Source of the DNA: Octopus bimaculoides
Taxonomy: Eukaryota
Length of the DNA stretch: 64,000 nucleotides
NCBI RefSeq assembly: GCF_001194135.2
Contig: NC_068982.1
Coordinates: forward strand, 50,263,814 to 50,327,813
Direction: 5' to 3'
The notes beneath the pieces are model-generated. The model was not told where the DNA came from, searched no databases, and saw only the letters and a list, made by a program, of their open reading frames with translations. Position 1 is the first letter of the stretch, and every line of letters starts with the position of its first letter. A program made the translations under genes and the position numbers. Shown here one piece after another: positions 1 through 12,879 of this stretch.

Positions 1-270
1 CACGATCTCGTTTTTTTTCACTCGGAACGAAAATCATCCGAACAAGATAGAGAAGAGTATTACACTTGCTTAATACTTGATAAGATCACTAGTGCTAATC
101 GCTTGATAGGAAAGATGTTACTTGAATCCGTTCAGTAGAGGAAATACGCTAACAAACTCTTTAAGCAAGCAAATAGACAAACAAATAGAATCTAAACAAA
201 CTTGTGCTGATTTGTGTTGCCAAATATGTTTTACGCTTTTGATCAAACAAATCTCATCTTTTATCATCTA

Positions 271-476
271 TCTTTTACTTGCTTCAGTAATTGGACTGCG
301 GCCAAACTGGAGCACCGCCTTAAGGATCCTTGGTCGAATTAATTGACCCTAGTACTTATTTTCTTTTTTAAACCTGGTACTTATTTTATAAGACTCTTTC
401 GCCAACACGTTATGTTGTGGGGACGTAAATCCACCAACACCGGTTGTCAAGCGGTGATGTGGGACAAACACAGACA
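271..476. mobile_element. SINE-like dispersed repeat, family S1
   Basis: TTTTACTTG..GACTGCGGCCA..CTGGAGCACCGCC...GTTGTCAAGCGGTG consensus recurs about 12 times in the window in both orientations, usually ending at (CA)n. Confidence 0.75.
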
Positions 477-960
477 TCCTCAATGAGTGAATAATACGTA
501 AACACATAATGAGAGACAAATACCAGACAAAATACCACATGAAATCTAACCCCTCTTCAGTTGTCGACTGTTAATTACTCCCCATTTCGCGCATTCAACG
601 ACAATATAGAAAAACTTCATTAAATAACAGCATCCAGAAATTTTTAAAATACAAATTTTTTAGAGAGCTTCGAACGAACAAACAACGACAGGATGGACGT
701 ACAGAGTAAACAATCGACGAAGACAAACATTAAGGGCTGTTAGGCTAAGATTCATTGCAATGGGTAACACCTGGGAGAAATTTTGAAAGGATATAGAATA
801 AATAGAAGAGAAGAAGATAGTAGAAAATACTATATATATATATAGTAACAATTCTTCACTGTTTATTATTTTCTATTCTTTTCTGTCCCATAAAAAGGTG
901 ACTGTTTATGCTCCTATGTAGTATATACATACTAAAACGCACGCGCATACACATAAGCAC

Positions 961-995
<35 letters not shown>

Positions 996-1223
996 NNNNN
1001 NNNNNNNNNNNNNNNNNNNNNNNNNNNNNNNNNNNNNNNNNNNNNNNNNNNNNNNNNNNNNNNNNNNNNNNNNNNNNNNNNNNNNNNNNNNNNNNNNNNN
1101 NNNNNNNNNNNNNNNNNNNNNNNNNNNNNNNNNNNNNNNNNNNNNNNNNNNNNNNNNNNNNNNNNNNNNNNNNNNNNNNNNNNNNNNNNNNNNNNNNNNN
1201 NNNNNNNNNNNNNNNNNNNNNNN

Positions 1224-1260
<37 letters not shown>

Positions 1261-1264
1261 TATG

Positions 1265-1590
1265 CGAATGGGCGGACTTAAATGCTTAGGGTTTTCGACT
1301 CCCGATCGTAACGTCGTGAGTTCGATACACACCAGCGCGTTGTGTCCTTCAGCAAGATGCTTTATTTCACATTACTCCTGTCCACTCAGCTGGCAAACAT
1401 GAGTTGTATCTGTAATTCAAATGCCCAGCCGTGCCACGTTTTGTGTCGCGCTAAATCTCCCTGAGAACTACGTTAAGAGTACGCGTGTCTGTTGAGTGCT
1501 TAGCCACTTGCACGTTAATTTTATGAGCAAACTTTCATTGATTGGATCAACTGGAACACTCATCGTTGCAACCAGCAGAATGCCACGACA
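1265..1590 (+). mobile_element. tRNA-derived SINE, family S2
   Basis: tRNA-like head with B-box GAGTTCGATAC; body CCCTGAGAACTACGTTAAG..GATCAACTGGAAC shared with copies at 19810, 40205, 51075. Confidence 0.75.
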
Positions 1591-1639
1591 TATATATGCA
1601 CGGGCGCGCACGTGCGTGTGATTGTGTGTATGTGTTTGT

Positions 1640-1865
1640 GTGTTTGTATCTGTGTTTGTTTCCCACCGAACAACCGCTTAACAGCCGGTGTTGAGCAGCA
1701 TTTTTAGTTCCAATAAAATTAGCTGTTCGGCAAAAGAGGTTCGACGGTATAAGTACAGGACTTTAAAGAATAAGTACTGGACGGATGGCGACCTGTTCGA
1801 CTTAAGCCCTTTAAAGCGATGCCCTATCATGGCCGCAGTAGAATGACTAAAATGATATCTAGTAA
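1640..1865. mobile_element. SINE-like repeat S1 (opposite orientation)
   Basis: Reverse-complement match to 271-476. Confidence 0.7.
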
Positions 1866-1974
1866 AATATAAAAGCTAATGCTCCATAGCTTGCTGATTC
1901 TATTAGTTACAGTCTTATTAATTAATTCTTATTCTTCTCGCAGCTTTAGAAGTCAATATTAAATCTGTTAATTA

Positions 1975-2175
1975 AGATGGTGAGCTGGCAGAATTGTTAG
2001 CACACCAGGAAACATGCTTAGCAGTATTTCATCCGTCTTTTCGTGCAGTCGACTTAGCCTTTCATCCTTTCGAGGTCGATAAAATAAGTACCAGTTGAGC
2101 ACTAGGATCGATGTAATCGACTTATCACCTCCTCCGAAATTGCTGGCCTTGTGCCAAAATTTGAAATCAATATCA
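1975..2175 (+). mobile_element. tRNA-derived SINE, family S3 (Nin/Deu-domain-like core)
   Basis: GAGCTGGCAGAAT A-box-like head; core GCCTTTCATCCTTTCGAGGTCGATAAAATAAGTACC; more than 15 copies in the window. Confidence 0.75.
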
Positions 2176-2234
2176 AATCTGTTCTCGAGTGTCAATGAAT
2201 TTCAGTAAACGTGATGAGATGGTAAAAACTAAAT

Positions 2235-2800
2235 GGATCTATTTTAAAACGGGGGCACCAGTTTTCATTTATGTTTTATGTAGTGTTTTTGGTACGGAAA
2301 GACTTTCAAACTTCGTATACTTATCTATTTTGTGTTATAGAACAGAAAAATATTTTTGTATTCGAATTTATTTCATGTAAAAAATTGTCTTATTTCGATG
2401 ATTTCTACTAATCACTGACGTCTATTCAGTTGAAAACAGTTAGCGCTGTAACGGTGTATATCGTATTAATCCCCTAACCCTAACCCTAACCCTAACTAGA
2501 CTGTTAACCGTAACCCTAACCCTAACTCTAGAATCCGAACTCTAAAATTGTTACACACATAGATACACACAGCGTAATTTATTATATAAACAATATATGC
2601 GTATAAATTACGATTAAACCGGATGAAATATGTCACAGGGAATAACATTTTTATGACCGCCCAGCAGTNNNNNNNNNNTTTTTTTTTTTGTTAAGAAGAC
2701 TAAGAGTAAAAGATGTTTTATATGACACATTCTACCAGTGTCCCAAGTTTCAAAGTGTTTCGTTAAGAAAATACTGGCGCCCCCGTTTTAAAATAGATCC
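2235..2800. mobile_element. MITE with 27-bp TIRs, 8-bp TSD and internal (TAACCC)n; Merlin-like
   Basis: TIR GGATCTATTTTAAAACGGGGGC(A/G)CCAG at 2235-2261 and 2774-2800 (1 mismatch); TSD AACTAAAT at 2227-2234 and 2801-2808. Confidence 0.85.
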
Positions 2801-3788
2801 AACTAAATTGTTTTTAGAGTCATAACGAAGGGTCTCTGGAGAAACGTTATTCGACAGGGTACGTAACTCAGAAATTAGGAAGTTTGTCCAAGTCAAACCG
2901 CTACTTCTGCGTATTGAGGAGTCACAGCTTCGATAATATGTTGCAGAAAAGAATCACAGGACGGATCTCTCAAATAGAACTATTTGGCAGGTGACCTAGA
3001 GGTAGGCCAAGAACAAAGGGGGTTGGTTAAATATCTATAATCTTAGTTGGTCGTGCTTGGAAATCCAAACCGGAAAATGTAATGATGGTTACTTCTGACA
3101 TGATCCTACGGAGGAGGTATCAGAGGATTCTACTCGCACGTTTCTCTCAAGAAACGGGGGCGGAGAAGATGGACAGAAAGCTCAAATAATGGGAAACGGA
3201 AGTGAACCAGCACTGAATAGGTTATTTTGTAAGGATAGGAAGTAAATGATGAGGTAATCGCAGTGAATTAGAAAAGTAAGGACGAACTGTGTTATGTGTG
3301 GGAGTAACAGGAAACAAAGGTCGAGAGTGAAAGGGAAAAAGGGTCGTTTGTATGTGAAAGGTGATGGGATAGTTTTAACATCTCGAGTTGCTTCTAATTG
3401 CACTTGATTTACTTCTGAAATAACTTGAAGACTCCATTTTGTTTCTTTTTTTTTATCTTTTTACGTTTACTTGACATCTGACATTCTGAAACCAACGTAT
3501 CTTATTCTTAACACAGAAACTTAATGACTCAGAAGATAATACAGTGGTCATCATTACTTGGTATATTTATTCTTAATCTGTTCTTCTGTAATGACTACAT
3601 AGTATTTCACTACACACAATCACTGTACCTTAATAATAATAACATTGATTATCTGTATAGATCTAGTGAGACTCCATTATGAAGAAAGTAAATATAACGC
3701 ATCTATGAAGTGAATTTACGTTTTCTTTCTTTTCAGAAGAAGGTTAGTAAAGGTACAGAAAGCGGGAGTCGTTACAGACGTTCCGACA

Positions 3789-3819
<31 letters not shown>

Positions 3820-4759
3820 CCATAGATGCGTACATATGTACGTACATATTCAAGTTTGTGTGTATAAACACACATAGTCGTATGTTTATATGCGTGTGTG
3901 TATGATTATCTTCATGTACATGAACACATAAACATACGCATATATCTATATACATAAATACATACACACGCACAACCACACACACACACATATGTATGTG
4001 AGTATATGTATGTGAGTATATGTATGCATACACACACACGCACGCACACACACACACGCACGCACACACACACACACACACNNNNNNNNNNNNNNNNNNN
4101 NNNNNNNNNNNNNNNNNNNNNNNNNNNNNNNNNNNNNNNNNNNNNNNNNNNNNNNNNNNNNNNNNNNNNNNNNNNNNNNNNNNNNNNNNNNNNNNNNNNN
4201 NNNNNNNNNATATATATATATATATACCTTTTATTCTGGCAAAAGACATAGTTTTCAATTTACGTTAATCATAAACCGAAGAAAAGAAATGGATAAAAGA
4301 TCATTTAGCACCTTTATATCTTAAATTTACTTGAGTTAACTCTAAGAAAACCTTTTCACTAATGACCCGTTGTCAGCGCTGAGACGTGTAATTTTATACT
4401 GCAATATCATTCCAGCCTTCGTTTCGATTAATTTCATTCTTTGCTTTATCTGTTAAAAGGTTCAAAGATTTTAAACAAATGCGGTTTATTCGTATTAGAG
4501 GATAAGTCAAGTAAATGTTAGATTTCTATTATTACTAAATATTCGTTTAGATGTATGATGTAAAACACATTTAGTATTTCTGGTGTCAGATGAAAAGGTG
4601 GGAGGAAATAGTAAAATGATCAAGAGGATGAAATTTAAATTATGTATGCTCCAGCTATTGGAAAAAGTGTTGAGTGTTGATTATATACTGGAAAAAAAAA
4701 ATCGAAACTTTAAAAAGTCCTTCCCCATGGTTTCATAAGATCGGTTACCAGATTCTGTG

Positions 4760-4950
4760 GCCTATAAATTCCCAACTCCTTGACGGGACGCCGGTCCGTC
4801 GCAGAATTATTCAATTTTGCTCGCTGAACGGACTGGAGTGACGCGACATGATGTCCTTTGCTCAAGATGACAACGCATCGCCCGGTCCAGGAATCAAAAC
4901 TACTATCTTATGACCATGAGCGCAACACTGCTAACCACTAATCCACGCGA
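4760..4950 (-). mobile_element. SINE S2-related fragment
   Basis: GACGGGACGCCGGTCCG..GCAACACTGCTAACCAC; matches 60490-60730. Confidence 0.6.
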
Positions 4951-5455
4951 CTCCACGAACTGGACAATGCTAAGGTTGTTGTTATTGTTGTTGTTGTTAT
5001 TGTTATTATCATCATTATCATCCAAATAAGGCGGCAAGCTGTGTCCCTCCCCACAAATGTCAGGCCTTGTGCTTATAGTAGAAATAATTATTGCTATCTA
5101 AACAAAGCAAAGTGGCTAGCTGGGTAAAGTGCTTGTCAGCATTTTATCCGACTTTACGGTCTGAGTTCAAATTCCGCTGAGGTCAATTTTTATCTTTTTC
5201 GAGGTCGATGAAATAAGTACCCATTGATCCCAGGGTTCGATATAATCGACTGGTCCCCTCTTGCAAAATACCACGCAGTGGGACCGAGCCTCAAATTCCA
5301 TGGTTGTGAAGTATTCACACACACACACACACACATACACACACATTTATATGTATATGTAGACATAAATACGTATGTACATATAAATATGTATATACAT
5401 ATATATAAACATGTATCTATCTATCTATTTATCTCTCTCTCTCTCACTCACTCTC

Positions 5456-5526
<71 letters not shown>

Positions 5527-5528
<2 letters not shown>

Positions 5529-5705
5529 CAAAAACACAATAACAAAAAAACAAAAAAACAACAAAGTGAGGACGTGATATGGATAGTATTATTGGACGCT
5601 CAGGAAAGGAAAGAGAGAGTGTATGACGTTTCGGGCGTAGCCCTTCGTCGGAAAGATGGAAAGTTCGGAGAATGGAAGAACGGAGAAAGAGGAAAATGGT
5701 ACCGA
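5527..5705 (-). mobile_element. Penelope-tail-like non-coding repeat carrying a hammerhead-like motif
   Basis: Shares CTGAGCGT..AATACT..CACGTCCTC..TTGTTGT organisation with 27180-27345; ends at (TA)n. Confidence 0.55.
5621..5655 (-). ncRNA. Minimal type-I hammerhead-like motif (degenerate: CCGACGA core, weak stem I)
   Basis: Minus strand: CCGACGA-A-GGGC-UAC-GCCC-GAAA-CG-UC. Confidence 0.45.
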
Positions 5706-6384
5706 TNNNNNNNNNNNNNNNNNNNNNNNNNNNNNNNNNNNNNNNNNNNNNNNNNNNNNNNNNNNNNNNNNNNNNNNNNNNNNNNNNNNNNNNNNNNNNN
5801 NNNNNNNNNNNNNNNNNNNNNNNNNNNNNNNNNNNNNNNNNNNNNNNNNNNNNNNNNNNNNNNNNNNNNNNNNNNNNNNNNNNNNNNNNNNNNNNNNNNN
5901 NNNNNNNNNNNNNNNNNNNNNNNNNNNNNNNNNNNNNNNNNNNNNNNNNNNNNNNNNNNNNNNNNNNNNNNNNNNNNNNNNNNNNNNNNNNNNNNNNNNN
6001 NNNNNNNNNNNNNNNNNNNNNNNNNNNNNNNNNNNNNNNNNNNNNNNNNNNNNNNNNNNNNNNNNNNNNNNNNNNNNNNNNNNNNNNNNNNNNNNNNNNN
6101 NNNNNNNNNNNNNNNNNNNNNNNNNNNNNNNNNNNNNNNNNNNNNNNNNNNNNNNNNNNNNNNNNNNNNNNNNNNNNNNNNNNNNNNNNNNNNNNNNNNN
6201 NNNNNNNNNNNNNNNNNNNNNNNNNNNNNNNNNNNNNNATTATATTTCATGAAATATTTTAAAGAATTAATTAACAGAGAATATCATTAAGTTCTAACAT
6301 TGATAGAAGACAACACAGGTGGAAGTTCCATTTGTTTCATTTGATCTTACTTCTTAACTAGCATTATTTTATCCACCGAAGAAT

Positions 6385-6565
6385 GATCCTTTCTACTATA
6401 GGCCTAAGGTCTGAAATTTTGGTGGAGGGGACTTAATGATTACATCGACCCCAAGTTCAACTGGTACTTATTTTATCGACCCTGAAAGGATGAAAGGCAC
6501 AATCAGCCTCGGCGAAATTTGGACACAGAACGTAAAAACGGACGAAATGCTTAACAGCATGACCA
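6385..6565 (-). mobile_element. SINE S3
   Basis: Reverse-complement match to the 1975-2175 consensus. Confidence 0.7.
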
Positions 6566-7189
6566 TTACACTTTGGATTTCCTCCCACTTTTTTTTTTTT
6601 TTTTTTTTACATGGTGTTTCAAGGCCCGCGTTATCGATATGTACTTCCGATGTCTTTAAGACGGTAAGGTACAATTTAAAGGAAATTTGACTACTATTTT
6701 CAGCAGGTCGAACGACTACTTAAAAGTGCCTGTCAACCTCATTGGCTGAGAGACATCCTCATTGACTCAGACACTGCTTATGTCGCTCCAAGAGATATGA
6801 ACTTAAGTTCTCCATAATGCTCTTTTTTTCCTATAAAAGTGACAATAACTGTTATCTTCCAACATTTATTTTACCACAAAATTCTACTGAAATATAACTA
6901 GGGCTTCATTATTTCGACGTTTCTATCTTCTTTATTATTCTTTGGTGTCTACAGTTTTCCTTCTTCTCCATTTAGAATAAAACAGTGGTACTTAATCGCT
7001 TTGACTTCGTGGCGTTACTGAAGATCAAACAAAAATTTGTTGGTGAACTCCGCATGGCTGTTTACAGTTACGTACGCCCTCTGTAATGGTGTTATAAATT
7101 TACAGGCGCACTCCGCATGGTAGTTTGAAAATTAATAATTAAACAACTATTGTTTACCTTATTTCTATAATCATGCTTTTGTATAATAA

Positions 7190-7960
7190 AATAATGGTTT
7201 CAACTTTTGGCGCAATGCCAGCAATTTTAGGGGAGGGGAATAGTCGATTACATCCCCCCTCCATTGCACGAATAGAACATAAGGCGCAGGAAGAAATGCT
7301 GCGAAGCATTTTGTCCGATACGCTAAGGATTGTGTCCGTTCACCGCTTCGTGGTTTAGAATTTTGGCACAAGGCCAGCAGTTTTAAGTAAGGCGGAATAA
7401 TCGATACCATCAACCCAAGTACTTGACTGGTATTTATCTTATCGAACCTCGAAAGAATAAATGGTAAAGTTGATCTCAGCGGGATTTGAACTAAGAAAGT
7501 AAAGAACCAGAAGAAATGCCGAAAACATTTTGCTCGACGCGCCGATGATTCTAACTTTTCGCCGCCTTCGTGTATAACAAAATAATCCGTTCTTTTCTTG
7601 GCACACAGCCAGCAGTTTTGAAGGGTGGAGACGTCAACTGCATCGACCCCAGTACTCAACAAATAGTTGTTTTATAGATTCCAAATGGATGAAGGGCAAA
7701 GTCGACCTCGGCGGAATTTGAACTCAGAACGTTAAGACGAACAAAATGCTGCTAAGCGTATTAACAATTCTGCTATTTCATTGCTTTCATGTATAACAAA
7801 AGAATGATTTTACATTTTGGGGAAGGGTGCAAGTCGATAACATCGACCCCAGTGCTCAGCTAGTACTTATTTTATCTTCTGAAAGGTGGAAAGGTAAACT
7901 CAACCTTGCCGGAATTTGAACTCAGAACGAAAAGACGAATGAAATGCTGTTAAGCATTTA
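7190..7960 (-). mobile_element. Head-to-tail array of about 4 diverged SINE S3 copies
   Basis: Repeated GTCGAT(T/A)ACATCGACCCCAGT..GGCGGAATTTGAACTCAGAACG units about 200-240 bp apart. Confidence 0.75.
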
Positions 7961-9046
7961 TACAGCATGTATATCAAAATAGCGAAAACATATTTTTCAA
8001 GACGGTCAAGTAGGAATATGAATTTTCTAAATTCTTAAATTATAGTTTTTAAAATCAACGGCGCACCTAACTACCCCTTGCAGCGCAGTACTTGAGAATC
8101 GTCACGCTAAAACTTCAGATGTGGCATTTTAAATAATACCTCAGAGCTTCTCAGTTTTGGAAATACGAACCTCTCGAAATATTTGCACTTATTGTCTGTA
8201 CTCCACTCCTGGTTACGCGAGAGAGGTTCGCAGGATGGTTGCATCCGGGTTGACAATGGTAACTCTCTCACTGCGCCTAGTACAAATCTTTGCTGTCGTG
8301 TGTATTAAACGCTCAACGAAAAAATTGACAAGCATCCTTTTGTTGCTATATATTATATTTGTTCGAAGACTTTAAAAAAGGAAAAATCGTTTTAACGTAA
8401 CGTGCTCTTTAAAAAACTTTTTAGCTTCAAAACAGACATTCTTTGTTTTGTGAATTAGTAAGTAGCAGGGCCTCATCTCATTCGGCGGTAATAAATAAAT
8501 AAATTATTAAAATCTGTTTAAATATCAAAGGGTGCATGCTACCTTCCATCGAAATAGTTAACGCTTACTCTGCAGTGGTGAGTGTTTACGTGTACAACAT
8601 GTAGGAGTGCAAGCGTGCGTGTTCATACACACACACACAACCACACAGACACACACGCACATACACAGACACACACACATATGTATTATATAACTGTGTG
8701 TATGTGTATATGTGTGTGTATGTGTGCGTGCTCGTGTGTGTGTGTTCCTGAGTTTTTACATTGTTTTAGAAAGATGAGATGAGATAAGTTACCAAGTGCA
8801 GTGCTTACTACTTAACATTTTGAAACCTTTCAATAGAATGGTAATGAATAGTTCTTTGTTGTTTATGAATAAGAGAACGGAATACTGTAAGAAAAATAAA
8901 CTATATTTATGATTTGTACTAAGAAAGCGTAACCTTGTAACAGATGCTTCGGAATTGCATGAAATGTGCACAGGCACGTTCAGTATACAGCCAAGTTGCA
9001 GACTTTCAAAAGCACCTGATGCAAAGTTGGCATTTGAAACGCGCGC

Positions 9047-9123
<77 letters not shown>

Positions 9124-9419
9124 ACTATAAAGAAAAAAGAGATGACAAGGGATAAGCGATTATCATACGAACGCTTCGTTCAGAAGCATACGTATATAAT
9201 TTTTACACCAATGTATATACTTATTTTTATATGTGTATATATAAATATATATAGAGAGAGAAAGGGGGACATTCATGGCAGAGAATAAGTACAGAAGCGA
9301 GAAATAATGCGACATGGAATTCAATTATAAGTGGCCTACACTCCGCTTTGGAGGGTTAAAGGCAAGAAAGAAAAAAGTATCTACATACATAGATGTGTGT
9401 GTGCATAAATTTATGTGTG

Positions 9420-9635
9420 TGTCTTTATGTCTGTGTTTGTTCCCACCCATCTTCGCTTGACAACCGATGTTGGTGCGTTTATGTCCCGGTAATATAGTGG
9501 TTTGGCAAAAGAGAACGGTAGAATAAGTACTAGACTTACAAGGAATAAGTCCTGGTGTCGATTTCTTCGACTAAAACCCTTTAAAGTGGTGCTTCAGCAT
9601 GGCCGCGGTCAAATGACTGAAACAAGTAAAAGAAT
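9420..9635. mobile_element. SINE-like repeat S1
   Basis: Matches S1 consensus. Confidence 0.75.
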
Positions 9636-10070
9636 AAATGAATATATATAAATATATGTATGTATATATACATACATATATGTGTATGTACATANNNNNN
9701 NNNNNNNNNNNNNNNNNNNNNNNNNNNNNNNNNNNNNNNNNNNNNNNNNNNNNNNNNNNNNNNNNNNNNNNNNNNNNNNNNNNNNNNNNNNNNNNNNNNN
9801 NNNNNNNNNNNNNNNNNNNNNNNNNNNNNNNNNNNNNNNNNNNNNNNNNNNNNNNNNNNNNNNNNNNNNNNNNNNNNNNNNNNNNNNNNNNNNNNNNNNN
9901 NNNNNNNNNNNNNNNNNNNNNNNNNNNNNNNNNNNNNNNNNNNNNNNNNNNNNNNNNNNNNNNNNNNNNNNNNNNNNNNNNNNNNNNNNNNNNNNNNNNN
10001 NNNNNNNNNNNNNNNNNNNNNNNNNNNNNNNNNNNNNNNNNNNNNNNNNNNNNNNNNNNNNNNNNNNNNN

Positions 10071-10109
<39 letters not shown>

Positions 10110-10114
10110 TATAT

Positions 10115-10295
10115 AGGGGGAGAATTCACAAAAAAAAGACGAAGACAAGTGGTGTAGACAACAAACAGATGTATTAGTTTAACGCTCAGGAAGTGAAAAT
10201 GTCTTTAACGTTTCGAGCCTACGCTCATCCACAGAAAGGAAGACAGAAAGAAAATAAAGAATGTGTAGTGGCTAGTGATCTATCATGGCGAATGA
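10115..10295 (-). mobile_element. Penelope-tail-like repeat with hammerhead-like motif (same family as 20400-20612)
   Basis: High similarity to 20400-20612 in inverted orientation; ends in (TA)n. Confidence 0.6.
10203..10238 (-). ncRNA. Minimal hammerhead-like motif with CUGUGGA core
   Basis: CUUU-CUGUGGA-U-GAGC-GUAG-GCUC-GAAA-CG-UU-AAAG: perfect 4-bp stems I and II. Confidence 0.55.
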
Positions 10296-10410
10296 TATAT
10301 ATATATATATATTCATACTTATGTCCCCGAACTGCTGGTATCTCACCATCAGCGTATAATTTGAAGCGAAAACGAAGTGTAAACCAGGGAAGTTGTGAAG
10401 CATCTTACGT

Positions 10411-10513
10411 CACCTGATAAGGCATTTTTGCACTGTACGTTACATCTGGTGTCATTATATCGTTCCACACCCACTAGGGAACAGTGTAGAATAAAGCCGA
10501 AACAATTGTTGTG
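10411..10513 (+). ncRNA. Hammerhead-like motif with extended stem II and palindromic stem III (one core base lost)
   Basis: CAC-CUGAU(-)AA-GGC..UGCACUGU..ACAGUGUA..GCC-GAAA-CAAUUG-UU-GUG. Confidence 0.45.
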
Positions 10514-10559
10514 CTAATGGGTGCTTCTAGTTACACTCCATCTTCTTTGTCTTAATCAT

Positions 10560-10591
<32 letters not shown>

Positions 10592-11699
10592 NNNNNNNNN
10601 NNNNNNNNNNNNNNNNNNNNNNNNNNNNNNNNNNNNNNNNNNNNNNNNNNNNNNNNNNNNNNNNNNNNNNNNNNNNNNNNNNNNNNNNNNNNNNNNNNNN
10701 NNNNNNNNNNNNNNNNNNNNNNNNNNNNNNNNNNNNNNNNNNNNNNNNNNNNNNNNNNNNNNNNNNNNNNNNNNNNNNNNNNNNNNNNNNNNNATATATA
10801 TATATTAAAATATGGAAAGAAGAGGTGCATTACCACGCAAAGAAAAAATATAGGAGAACTTGTTTTTGAAAATGCACCTGAATTTGAAAAACGTGTAGTT
10901 GTTTTTAAATAGGTTTATTCACGTACATACCAAAGTAGTTTCAGGAAGTTGTTGTTTATCAATGATAGAAGTGTGTATAAAACAATGGGATTTTAACAGA
11001 GCTTAAAATTACGAAACAGAAATCGAATAAACATGTTTAAAAGATCAAATGTTCACATAAAACTCAATGACAGGGATAGATAATATCAAAGTAAATGTTC
11101 GGCGAAGAATATAATAAGTGTACATTATTAAAAGTTCGGTTATACTGTTTTTTTTTTTATGGAATACGTGGACAAGAGAGAGAAAAAGAAAGAAAAAAAC
11201 AATTTGATGTACGCAGGGCCTTACTTTTCGTACAAACAATTACTTTTAGTAGCTGGTACGTATCTAAATTCCTGTTCGTATTTTGAAGGAAAACCCATTG
11301 TCGCTAAACACTATTCTAAAGTGCGATTTTTATGGTTTGGGATTTCTCTAAACATATTTGATCATAAAGATGTCTGAAATTTAGGTTTTTTTAAGGTAAT
11401 AATAAAATTAGTCGAATCAGTTTTCATGCAGTCAAAGCGCGCTAAGTTTCCATAGCTCCGACGGCATGAAGATAGGTCCGACAAATTTTATCGATATCTG
11501 AAAAAATACTAAGTTTCTAACATTTCTATGGTAGAGAGTTATGAGAGGTAATATTGTATGAGAGTGAGTTCAATATGTATTTCAGTTCTGAACGTTATGA
11601 ACCACGTATTATGGTTAAATTACCTGATACTGTTATCATATTTAGAGAAAGATTTTTTCAAAATGTTTATTTTGGAAATTACTTTTGGAAATAGTTATA

Positions 11700-12510
11700 A
11701 TATTTAGAGAAATATTTTTTCAAAATGTTAGGATTAAGAAAAAGAAAACCAAGAATGGCGAACAGTAGAAGAGTCATTGAATAGTGAGAGAAGGGTAAAG
11801 CATGAGGAATAGTAGAAGTGTCATTGAATAGTGAGAGAGGGGTAAAGCATAAGGAATGAGAGAGGGGGTCGGAGAAATAAAGTGGAAAAAGTGTGACACA
11901 CTGACATTCGCTTTCGCATTTATTATAGATGAGCACGTTTTCCTTATTCAATCGAAATTGGGTTGAAATGTTCTGGTGCATCGATAGAGAGGGAATATTT
12001 GGTATTTCGGGCTTATGTCTGCGGGGCATTGATCTAGGTGTTTGCTTATGGGAATTTTCCTGGTCCTAGGGTCCCGGATTTGTTGCCTGTGTACCGTCAG
12101 TCTGTTCCTCAAGGTCCAACTACGTAGTTTGACCTGTGTAGTCTCCATCACATCCATCACATTTGAGGACATAGATTAAGTTCTTCGATGCACAAGTGGA
12201 GTGATTTTTTACGGTGAAAGTTTGACCTGACTTAAATTTATATGTTGAGCCCACCAAGAGCTCGAAGTAAGTCCCGCAGTTAGGGCGGTAGCATTTTTTT
12301 GACTAGTAGGGTTGTATATTTGATGGGTAATTTGGCACTAGTAAGTAACATTTTTAGGGGTTGCGGTTGTCTCTTGCTTTTAATAATCTTATGTGTTTCC
12401 AGTGTTGTTTTTGCTCGCAGGTCGTTGCATAAGAAGGGGTATGTTTTGATAGATGATGTTGTATGCTTCCATGTTCCTCGGATTGTGTGTTGATAAGTAA
12501 GACAAAGTTT
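11700..12510 (-). mobile_element. Penelope-like element 3' part: Zn-finger linker plus GIY-YIG endonuclease pseudogene
   Basis: Minus-strand translation KC..RPNCGT..HSTCASKNLIYVLKCDGCDGDYTGQT..TLRNRLTVHRQQIRD..IPISKHL, with stops/frameshifts; 47-bp duplication in the tail. Confidence 0.85.
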
Positions 12511-12824
12511 ATCTCGGGTTTCCGAAACCCATGATAAACGACTCCAAGAACTTAAAAACACATTACTAGAAAGAAAGTATCCGGCTAGTTTAATCAAAAA
12601 CGGAATAGAACGTGTAAAAACGATAGACATCCAAGAATTATAAAAAACAAGAAAACCTTATGAAACATTTAAAACTTTGTCTTACTTATCAACACACAAT
12701 CCAAAGAACATGGAAGCATTCAACATCATCCATCAAAACATACCCTCCTTATGAACGACCTGCGAGTGAAAAACGCACTGGAAACACATAGGATTGTTAA
12801 ATGCAAGAGACAACTGCAATCCCT
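12511..12824 (+). mobile_element. Penelope-like RT thumb/linker fragment, inverted relative to neighbour
   Basis: RLQELKNTLLERKYPASLIKNGIERVK..LSYLSTHNP..; 12672-12824 is the inverted copy of 12356-12510. Confidence 0.75.
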
Positions 12825-12879
12825 CTACCACCACAGCCCCACCAAAAAAGAAAGGTGGGGTGAATGAGACCATGAATTT

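Noticed and set aside
541-600. Half-hammerhead CUGAAGA-GG (minus strand) in a Penelope-tail-like repeat
   Set aside because: No closing stem II or downstream GAAA nearby.
2472-2526. TAACCC arrays as true telomere or fusion scars
   Set aside because: They are internal to a TIR element with TSDs (also at 19368 and 49935).
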